Positions 10,795-17,785 of a stretch of 32,000 bases of DNA are shown piece after piece; position 1 is the first letter of the stretch, and each line of letters begins with the position of its first letter. The translations under genes were made by a program, and so were the position numbers. The stretch comes from Crocosphaera subtropica ATCC 51142 (GTDB lineage Bacteria; Cyanobacteriota; Cyanobacteriia; Cyanobacteriales; Microcystaceae): positions 390,001 through 422,000 of the forward strand of contig NC_010547.1 of the NCBI RefSeq assembly GCF_000017845.1. The letters are read 5' to 3'. The notes under the pieces are model-generated. The model did not search any database, had not been told where the DNA came from, and was given only the letters and a program-made list of their open reading frames with translations.

Positions 10795-11118
10795 ATGCTG
10801 CTCCTAAACTATCAACAACAAGAGAAAAAAATGCAGCGTAAAAGATATAGTGCAGAGTTTAAAGCTAAAATTGCTCTAGAAGCCATAAAAGGGCTTAAAA
10901 CTGTCAATGAAATTGCAGGAGAGTTTGGGGTGCATCCTACCCAAATTCAACAATGGAAAAAGCAACTTCTTGAACGATTACCAGACATCTTTAGTCAAAA
11001 ACAAGAGAAACGAAAAAAACAAGATGAAGAGCTAACAGCCCAATTATATCAACAAATCGGTCAACTCAAAGTAGAGCTTGATTGGGTGAAAAAAAAAGCT
11101 GGACTGCTCGGTAAGTGA
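10795..11118 (+). CDS. IS3-family transposase OrfA (HTH)
   Basis: MQRKRYSAEFKAKIALEAIKGLKTVNEIAGEFGVHPTQIQQWKK is the classic IS3 OrfA HTH followed by a leucine-zipper-like tail. The likely true start is ATG 10831 (MQRKRYS...) rather than 10795. Confidence 0.9.
   Translation: MLLLNYQQQEKKMQRKRYSAEFKAKIALEAIKGLKTVNEIAGEFGVHPTQIQQWKKQLLERLPDIFSQKQEKRKKQDEELTAQLYQQIGQLKVELDWVKKKAGLLGK
11089..11097 (+). promoter_or_regulatory. A9 homopolymer at the orfA/orfB junction (recoding / slippage site)
   Basis: There are nine consecutive A residues (11089-11097). The orfB frame is open from 11090 and lies in the +1 frame relative to orfA. The -1 frame stops at 11112-11114. Confidence 0.6.
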
Positions 11119-11935
11119 TAAACGGACACTAATCGAACCCGAACATTCACAGATTAATCTGTCTCGCCAGTGTGAATTACTGGGATTAGCACGTTCTAGC
11201 TACTATTACGAGTCAACAGGAGAAAGTGAACTTAATCTAGAACTAATGAAACTAATTGACCAACAATATACTCAAACGCCTTTTTACGGCATTAGACGCA
11301 TGACAGCTTGCCTTCAAAAGCAAGGTTATCAAGTTAATCATAAACGAGTAGCTCGTTTGATGAGAAAAATGGGGTTAGAAACCATTTATCCGCGTCCAAA
11401 GCTAAGCCAGTCCGATGATAATCATCGTCGCTATCCTTATCTACTTAACGATCTGACCATTGATCAACCGAACCAAGTTTGGTGTAGCGACATTACCTAT
11501 ATCCGAATGCCCAAAGGATTCGTCTACTTGGTGGCCATCATGGATTGGTATTCTCGCTTTGTGCTGGCATGGCAGTTATCCAATACTCTCGAAGTCAGTT
11601 TTTGTCTACAAGCGTTGGCGATCGCAGCTAAATGGGGTAAGCCTGAGATTTTTAATTCAGATCAAGGCTCTCAATATACCAGTCGTGAATTTGTGGACTC
11701 CTTAGAAAATCTGGGAATTACCATTAGTCAAGATGGAAGAGGCCGAGTCTTTGATAACATCTTTATTGAACGTTTATGGCGTTCTGTAAAGTACGAAGAA
11801 GTTTATCTCAAAGATTATTCTACTGTAGCGATCGCCTTAGAAAACCTGAGCAACTACTTTGAGTTTTATAACTATCGTAGGTTGCATCAATCTTTGGGTT
11901 ATCAATGTCCAGCTACAATACATTTTCAAGATTAA
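11090..11935 (+). CDS. IS3-family transposase OrfB (DDE catalytic domain)
   Basis: The ORF track begins at ATG 11246. The same frame is open back to 11090 and encodes KKKLDCSVSDKRTLIEPEHSQINLSRQCELLGLARSSYYYES, the usual N-terminal part of IS3 OrfB that is made only as an OrfAB fusion. Confidence 0.85.
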   Translation, partial: KKKLDCSVSDKRTLIEPEHSQINLSRQCELLGLARSSYYYESTGESELNLELMKLIDQQYTQTPFYGIRRMTACLQKQGYQVNHKRVARLMRKMGLETIYPRPKLSQSDDNHRRYPYLLNDLTIDQPNQVWCSDITYIRMPKGFVYLVAIMDWYSRFVLAWQLSNTLEVSFCLQALAIAAKWGKPEIFNSDQGSQYTSREFVDSLENLGITISQDGRGRVFDNIFIERLWRSVKYEEVYLKDYSTVAIALENLSNYFEFYNYRRLHQSLGYQCPATIHFQD

Positions 11936-12041
11936 GGAGGTGATTTAATTAAATTAACAAAAGTCTAAAATCTAGTCAGGTCAAAAGCTAACAGCTTTCT
12001 ATCTTAGTTTTATTAGTTATTTGTCTAGACAATTGGGTACA

Positions 12042-12310
12042 CTTCAGGTGATCGCTGTATTTGGTTACGCATTGATGGCAGTGAGGTTGAAGGCCATGAT
12101 TTTTTGTTACTGATCAATATGCACTCTGAAGCGGTTTCATTTTCTGTTCCCATCGAAGAGAACTCTTCTCAACAATGGCTACTTCTCATTGATACAGCAG
12201 CTTGGGCAGAAACTCACTGTAATTATTGGTCAGTGGAAGACGCTACAATCATCTCAAATAATTATCAAGTTAACCCTTTTTCTATCGTGGTTTTAGAAGA
12301 AATTATGTGA
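12042..12310 (+). pseudogene. glgX: C-terminal stub (~89 codons) of the same isoamylase/GlgX-type gene
   Basis: The frame is open from the IS end: ...DRCIWLRIDGSEVEGHDFLLLINMHSEAVSFSVPIEENSSQQWLLLIDTAAW...PFSIVVLEEIM*. This matches the C-terminal beta-domain pattern (LLxxNAHxExVxFxLP ... W..xIDT) of GlgX/isoamylases. Confidence 0.7.
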
Positions 12311-12558
12311 GAACTTTTTACCCTATGTCTAATCATCTTCAATATCAAAGACTGAGTCAATCACAACAAGAAAAAATGTCAGCCTTATCTGATGCCCTAA
12401 GTAGTGTTTTAAACTATGGAGAAGAAGGATTATTAATTGCCATTCAAATCTTAAACAATGAGAAGGGACAAATGAGATTATCTGCTTATGATTTACTGTG
12501 GGAAAAGTTAGATGATATCGGCAAAAAAAAATTAATTAAACTACTCTTAAAATCTTAA
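12307..12558 (+). CDS. Small hypothetical protein, HEAT-repeat-like (83 aa)
   Basis: GTG start at 12307 with ATG 12325 as an alternative. The helical repeat-like sequence is ALSDALSSVLNYGEEGLLIAIQILNNEKGQMRLSAYDLLWEKL. No strong family assignment. Confidence 0.35.
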   Translation: MRTFYPMSNHLQYQRLSQSQQEKMSALSDALSSVLNYGEEGLLIAIQILNNEKGQMRLSAYDLLWEKLDDIGKKKLIKLLLKS

Positions 12559-14576
12559 TCAGGAAAGAAGTTAATTAATTCTGCTTTAATTAAGACTTTA
12601 CTTAATTCTCTAATTAAATATTGGGCTTGATGTTGATAAAAGGCCATGGGTAAAGTGTTGGGGATAGACTCCATCAACTTTCTGGCTAAAGCTAAATCAC
12701 ATCCAGAGATACGAGTAATTGCATTAGCCCCTTCAAAGGCAGCATCTTGATGGGGAATCCAATTAATTCTCACCCCCCAACAACGAGAAGTCAATAAAAT
12801 ATTACCTTGTTCAATCCGTTTTAAACCATCAACTGTCCCTAAAATAATGATGCGATCCCCAACTTCTACCCTAATCTCTAGAGAGGGCATTAATTTAATT
12901 TCTTGAAATTTATTTTGATAAAAAATAACTAGCACATCATAACCATAAGATATTTCTACAATCAGTAACCCATTAAGAGTATCATGGCTTTCAATTTGAT
13001 ATTCTGTTACTAAAACTGTCTGATTTTGTTGACGAAATAAACTTAAAATATTTTCTCCAAAAGCAGCTCCTGCAAAGGCTTCAGCAGCAACAGCATAAGA
13101 ACTAATCACTTGAGCATTTTTTAGAAGATGAGTTAATTTTTCGCTTAATCCTTTACGATAAGCACCAATCACCAAACGGCCTTCAGGATTGACTGATCTT
13201 GCCATTAAAGCTATTTCTAAATTTAACATTTCATTTTCTGTGGTGATAATTATACTTTTTGCTTTGCTAATATTACCTTGGATAAAAGATTCTTTTAAGT
13301 TGCCAATAATTAGGGGAATATCAGACAAAATAGTGCGGTCAAAATCGGGATTAAAAGTTATTCCTACCTGGGGTTGTTTAACTTCTTTTAAATAATTAGC
13401 GACTCGCTGGCCGACTTTTCCTAAACCAACGATAACTAAATGATCTTTTTGTGGAATAATAGGGCGAGGGCGAATTAGTTGAAATTTAGCTGATAATAAG
13501 GCTTCCGTTAAAGCTGCATATAAAACTCCGACAAAAGCAGTCCCAATAACAGTTAAACTAAGGGCAAAAAATTGTAACCAAGGAGGAATGGGCGCAATGG
13601 GTTCAAAGTTCCCAAAAAGATCAGCATAACCTCCTAATAACAAGATAGCTGTAGCATAAAAAGCATAAATTAACGTTGTGTCGGGATAATAAAATTGAAA
13701 CAGAAATGTTCCAATAATTAACAAAATTATAATCAATAAACTACAGACTAATACTACAGTCCGAACTTGACGCAACAAACTAAAATTACCTAATTGTGAT
13801 AATTCTAGTTTGAAGCGACTCAGAAAAATTGTGACCCCTTCTTGCCATTGTTTTCGTCGCTTTTTTACTTGAGGTAAACTTTGATAGTTTCTTAGAGAAA
13901 ATTCATCTACTAATTCCACATAAATTAAAGTATCTCCTACATTTAGGGGACTATTTAGTTCCCATTTATAAAATCCTTTAAAGTTCTTATTTTGAGTATT
14001 AATATGACTTAAAACACGGCGTTTTTTATTGTTTAATTCATAAAGTTTTCTTCCATAAAACCAAGAATTACTCCCTTTTATTTGATGTTTAGTTACCTCA
14101 AAGCGATAATTATTAATCGCAAAAAAACCAATGGTTTCATCTCCTAAACCTTCCAAAGCAAAGGCAGAAGCAGTGAGTTGCGTGGGATCATCGGCAAAGA
14201 AGTTTCCTAACTGTTGATTGAGGAGTTGATTTAAGTTTTCTTGACCACACCGCATCACTATACGAATATTATCATTAAGTTCCCTAACCGTTAATGCTGT
14301 TTGAGCATTAACTTCTTCATCACTGGTAACAATTAAAACAGAACGACATTTTTTTAATTTTGCTCTTTCTAAGATTTCAATTTGACGACAATCTCCAATA
14401 ATTAATTCTTCAAAAAAATTAGGTAATTCGGGAAACTCCCAACTTTTAGGCATAGTTTGTTCAATGGCAACAACTTTCACCCCAAACTTTTTGAGTGCCA
14501 TGGCACAATGTTGTCCTAAACTTCCTAGGCCACAAACTAGAAATAATGTTGTTTCTTGAAACATAGATACTATCAA
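12555..14576 (-). CDS. K+-channel-like protein with two RCK/TrkA-N domains flanking a 2-TM pore module
   Basis: N-terminal Rossmann LVCGLGSLGQHCAMALKKFG. TM1 is VVLVCSLLIIILLIIGTFLF, the pore helix and filter region is YAFYATAILLLGGYADLF, and TM2 is WLQFFALSLTVIGTAFVGVLYAAL. A second Rossmann HLVIVGLGKVGQRVANYL follows. The likely start is ATG 14564 (MFQETT...). Confidence 0.8.
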   Translation of the reverse strand: MIVSMFQETTLFLVCGLGSLGQHCAMALKKFGVKVVAIEQTMPKSWEFPELPNFFEELIIGDCRQIEILERAKLKKCRSVLIVTSDEEVNAQTALTVRELNDNIRIVMRCGQENLNQLLNQQLGNFFADDPTQLTASAFALEGLGDETIGFFAINNYRFEVTKHQIKGSNSWFYGRKLYELNNKKRRVLSHINTQNKNFKGFYKWELNSPLNVGDTLIYVELVDEFSLRNYQSLPQVKKRRKQWQEGVTIFLSRFKLELSQLGNFSLLRQVRTVVLVCSLLIIILLIIGTFLFQFYYPDTTLIYAFYATAILLLGGYADLFGNFEPIAPIPPWLQFFALSLTVIGTAFVGVLYAALTEALLSAKFQLIRPRPIIPQKDHLVIVGLGKVGQRVANYLKEVKQPQVGITFNPDFDRTILSDIPLIIGNLKESFIQGNISKAKSIIITTENEMLNLEIALMARSVNPEGRLVIGAYRKGLSEKLTHLLKNAQVISSYAVAAEAFAGAAFGENILSLFRQQNQTVLVTEYQIESHDTLNGLLIVEISYGYDVLVIFYQNKFQEIKLMPSLEIRVEVGDRIIILGTVDGLKRIEQGNILLTSRCWGVRINWIPHQDAAFEGANAITRISGCDLALARKLMESIPNTLPMAFYQHQAQYLIRELSKVLIKAELINFFPD

Positions 14577-14766
14577 AGCTTATCTTTCATCCAGGTATTC
14601 CATCATTAAGTCAAGTCTATATTCTCAACTTTTTGGATTTGGAGGCAATTTCAATCAGCCAGATTCGATCATCGAAATTTTCCTATCACTTACGTTATCA
14701 ACATGAGTTCGATTAATGGTTGATTTTAATCGTTTATGAGCTAAATTTGGGTAGATTAGGAATAGT

Positions 14767-15819
14767 CTACCTTTCCGGTTCAAATTTGGCCTGTTTGCGT
14801 AAGAGTTCCTCAATGGTCAGATTAAACTCTGAGGAACCTTCAAAAACTGTTCCGACTTCAAATTTTTGAAATTGAATCCTTGCCAAATGATAGCCTTCTT
14901 CGGGCAGAGGAATATAACCAACTTCACTAACAAGCTCCTTAGCGTTATCGAGATAGAATTCTACGAACGTTTCGAGGGCCCGATTTTCTTGGGCTCGCTT
15001 GGCATTGACATAAATGAACAGAGGACGAGTTAAGGGACGGTAACTTCCATTTTCTACCGTTTCGCGGGTGGGAGCAACCGGATCACTGCCACTGTCAATG
15101 GCGACAGCTTTCAATTTGTTGGCGTTCTGTTCGTAGTAGGCATAGCCGAAATAGCCTAGAGCATTGGGATCTTGGGCTATACCGTTAACCAATACCTCAT
15201 CATCTTCGCTATAAACATAATCCGTACGACTACTTCCTGCTTGTCCGACAATCGCTTCGGTAAAGTAGTCAAAGGTTCCTGAATCTTTGCCCGGCCCATA
15301 GAGGCTTAAAGCTCTCGACGGCCAGGACGCACGCACCTGCTGCCAGTTATTTATCTGAGCTTGGGCTGACGGCTCCCAAATTTGTTTTAACTCAGCAATG
15401 GTCATGCTTTGAACCCAGTCATTGCCTGAGTTCACGGCTACGGTGACGGCATCAAAGGCGATGGGCAGTTCGATATAGCGGACTTGATTGCGGTTGCAAT
15501 TTTCCATCTCCACAGCAGAAATGGGGCGGGAAGCACCGTTAATGTCGGTTTCTCCAGAGCAGAATTTGCCGAAGCCTCCACCGGTTCCTGAAAAATCAGC
15601 CTTAATTTTTATTCCTTTGGCTATTTTCTCGGACTGCTGAGACTGTATAGACTTCAAGATAGCTTCAGTGATGGGATAGACTGTACTGGAGCCATCAATG
15701 CGAATGGGTTCACTTTCTTCGGTAATAGGGCGACTACAAGCAGGTAAGAAAAGAACAGCCGTGAGCAACAACTGTATAAACGATTGACCCAAGTTGATTT
15801 TGCGACGTTGAATTGCCAT
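14767..15819 (-). CDS. pstS: Phosphate-binding periplasmic lipoprotein, PstS family
   Basis: Signal peptide with lipobox LFLPAC. PBP-like-2 motifs are present: IRIDGSSTVYPITEA, FSGTGGGFGKF, GASRPI, YGPGKDSGTFDYFTE. Confidence 0.85.
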   Translation of the reverse strand: MAIQRRKINLGQSFIQLLLTAVLFLPACSRPITEESEPIRIDGSSTVYPITEAILKSIQSQQSEKIAKGIKIKADFSGTGGGFGKFCSGETDINGASRPISAVEMENCNRNQVRYIELPIAFDAVTVAVNSGNDWVQSMTIAELKQIWEPSAQAQINNWQQVRASWPSRALSLYGPGKDSGTFDYFTEAIVGQAGSSRTDYVYSEDDEVLVNGIAQDPNALGYFGYAYYEQNANKLKAVAIDSGSDPVAPTRETVENGSYRPLTRPLFIYVNAKRAQENRALETFVEFYLDNAKELVSEVGYIPLPEEGYHLARIQFQKFEVGTVFEGSSEFNLTIEELLRKQAKFEPER

Positions 15820-16105
15820 GATGTTACTCGATCCTTAATTTGATTTCACGACTTTTATTTCAATTTAGGCATTTACAAAACTCCCTTAATTAGCACTGCC
15901 ACAATACCAATTTTTAGGCTTATTCAAAGGCAATACGATGAATAATAGAGTATTCAACAAATGCAAGACCATTTGGTACTTTATCTATCATTATAATGCT
16001 CAGGTTTCCAACAGTTTGTAAATTTTCAATCAATGAGAATTGCTACCCTGTAGAGCATGATAGACAGCGTTACAACCTTTTTTTATTAGGTAAGAAGTCG
16101 GTTAT

Positions 16106-16798
16106 TTAATTAATTGACACATGAGAAAAGTCTTTAATATGACCGATTTTCACTTCTCCTTGTTGATTGGTTTGCCAAATTTTTCCGGTATCCACATCCA
16201 AACAACTTAACCATCCTTGACCACAAGCCCAAGTATCAATACAAATTTGATGACCCATATTGACAGGACAACCATCTTTTTGAGAGGTATGACCGCACAC
16301 CACGATTTTTCCTGAATAATGACCATGATGGGGATACAGTTTTTGCCAAAATAAGTTATGGTTGGACTGCTTATGAAGGGGTAAATGGGGATCTAAATTA
16401 GCATGAACAAAGATATGATTATCAGTTTCGTACCAGTCTAAACAACACTGTTTAAGAAAGTCCCAATGGCTGTCAGGAACGTTTAATAAAGGACTATCAT
16501 TCGTTTGGGGATAAGATTCTAGGGTTGTTTTACCCTCAGTCAATAACCAAAAATTGTCCTTTCTTTTTCCCTGAAAAGCATCTAACATCATCAATTCATG
16601 ATTTCCTTTGAGGGGAATTAATTGATGATTTTCATAGAGGAAAAGTAACCGTTCTAATACTCCTTTAGAATTAGGACCTTTGTCTACATAGTCCCCTAAC
16701 GTAATTAACTTATCTTCTGGACGTAAATCTATGGCCTCTAGAAGTTGGTCAAAAGCCGTAGTACATCCATGAATATCTCCCACGGCTAAGGTTCGCAT
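16106..16798 (-). CDS. Metallophosphoesterase, PPP-family Ser/Thr protein phosphatase (PrpA/ApaH-like)
   Basis: Canonical motifs are present: GDIHGC, LGDYVDKGPNS, KGNHE, plus downstream His residues (VHANLD, VCGHTS). Confidence 0.85.
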   Translation of the reverse strand: MRTLAVGDIHGCTTAFDQLLEAIDLRPEDKLITLGDYVDKGPNSKGVLERLLFLYENHQLIPLKGNHELMMLDAFQGKRKDNFWLLTEGKTTLESYPQTNDSPLLNVPDSHWDFLKQCCLDWYETDNHIFVHANLDPHLPLHKQSNHNLFWQKLYPHHGHYSGKIVVCGHTSQKDGCPVNMGHQICIDTWACGQGWLSCLDVDTGKIWQTNQQGEVKIGHIKDFSHVSIN

Positions 16799-17034
16799 TT
16801 TTTTTTTGATTAGATTTTTACCACTTTAATCATAGATTTCTTAGTTTAAGTTTTGGTTAAGGGTATTTTTTTCTGACTTCTCGTTGCAAAAGCCCCTCGT
16901 TACATTTTTTAATGAATAAAAGTTAACAAAATAAAAAACTGATTAAAATAGATGAAGATAAATAAATAGACTTGTCCGAAAATTAAATTTGTAAGAAAAA
17001 AGAGAAGGAACTAGAGATACACTCGTTACAGTTA

Positions 17035-17166
17035 ATGACCAATACTTTAGAATATATTCATCAACGACCTCACTTAGCCAAACAAATCATTGGACTGAAT
17101 TTAACTCAATTAGACCAACCCATCTCTGTAGCGATCGCCATGGATGCTGAAATTGCCCTAGAGTAA
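17035..17166 (+). pseudogene. Short remnant resembling the N-terminal HTH of a DDE (IS5/Harbinger-like) transposase
   Basis: 43-codon frame-1 ORF MTNTLEYIHQRPHLAKQIIGLNLTQLDQPISVAIAMDAEIALE*. From memory, the LEYIxxxPxxxKxxIGLxxxQL pattern is typical of cyanobacterial DDE_Tnp_4-type transposase N-termini. No catalytic domain follows. Confidence 0.3.
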
Positions 17167-17677
17167 TGCCCTTATTCTCAGTCTAACCCCTGGTAGAATT
17201 CGCATGAAAGTTGCCTTGTCTCTACGTCAGGCAAACCAACTAATTTTGATTGGGTTTAGTCTAAAAAATCAATTAGCCATTGAGTGAGTTAGAGTAAATA
17301 GCTATAATGACACGATTACCATTTTTTACAACCCTAAATCCGTCAACTCTGCACAAATTTTTGATAAATTAAAAAAACTAGGGTTAAACTTTTCCGATAG
17401 ACTTGCAAAATTTTCTCCTGTTATTCCTGAATATTCAAGAGCAGCAGTGGAAGTCACTCAAGTCACAAAAAATTTAAACCAGGGCATTAGAACAGCCAGT
17501 AAAAGCATCGTAGATTTAAGTTTTCTGATTCCTTTTGGTTTTGGACTTTTAGCCTGGCGACAATTAATTCTCAAAGGATGGCAATTAGAAACAATTCCTT
17601 GGTATGTTTTAGCTTGGTATGCTTTCGATAGTTTTATTAAGTTACAGAGAATAGATGAAACTTCCGAAGATAGTTAG
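17162..17677 (+). pseudogene. HMA2-like domain + C-terminal membrane-hairpin protein, interrupted by an in-frame TGA (17285-17287) and lacking an obvious start
   Basis: Frame 2 is open from 17162 to 17677 except for TGA 17285-17287. The translation is SNALILSLTPGRIRMKVALSLRQANQLILIGFSLKNQLAIE*VRVNSYNDTITIFYNPKSVNSAQIFDKLKKLGLNFSDRLAKFSPVIPEYSRAAVEVTQ...WYVLAWYAFDSFIKLQRIDETSEDS. It aligns without gaps to residues 27-76 of the 1000-aa ATPase (23772-26774) with 18/50 identities: GRxRxKV, F-L-Q-I, VRxNS, IxIxxNP. The ORF track reports only 17447-17677 (GTG start). Confidence 0.6.
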
Positions 17678-17785
17678 AAGCAAATTTAATTAAACTTTAA
17701 CCAAAAGATAATCGAATTTAGTCCACTTCTGTGATTTAACAAAGGGAGATAGGACAACCAGACATTAACACTCTCTAAATCTTCA

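Larger units (their letters stand above)
10759..12041 (+). mobile_element. IS3-family insertion sequence (1283 bp), apparently intact
   Basis: TG...CA termini: TGTACCC at 10759-10765 and its complement GGGTACA at 12035-12041. The imperfect ~22-bp inverted repeats match at about 15/22 positions. It carries an orfA/orfB pair with an A-run between them. OrfB has a DDE triad context (VWCSDITYI, FNSDQGSQYTS, ERLWRSVKYEE). Flanks TAA / CTT show no target-site duplication. Confidence 0.9.

Noticed and set aside
11460-11705. 81-aa ORF inside IS3 orfB; similar embedded ORFs at 13189-13395, 19546-19806, 21010-21258, 21309-21494, 21388-21639, 22183-22389, 24050-24265, 24865-25119, 25977-26180, 27145-27345, 29175-29387 and 30890-31270
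   Set aside because: All lie within or antisense to longer ORFs with clear family signatures or better coding character. None has a recognisable motif.
15834-15892. Pho-box-like octamers CTTAATTT (15834-15841) and CTTAATTA (15885-15892) upstream of pstS
   Set aside because: They match the PyTTAAPyPy(T/A) unit reported for cyanobacterial SphR sites. However, they occur singly, about 50 nt apart, not as tandem repeats with 11-bp phasing. Such AT-rich octamers are expected by chance in this composition.
17158-17166. RF2-style programmed +1 frameshift (CTA GAG TAA T) joining the frame-1 ORF to the HMA2-like frame
   Set aside because: There is no slippery P-site codon that can re-pair in +1 and no upstream Shine-Dalgarno stimulator. 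The frame-1 ORF looks like an unrelated transposase remnant.
17285-17287. In-frame TGA of the HMA2-like gene as selenocysteine or programmed read-through
   Set aside because: I could find no SECIS-like stem-loop immediately downstream. The aligned residue in the paralogous domain is Ser, not Cys. The gene also lacks a proper start. A nonsense mutation is the simpler explanation.
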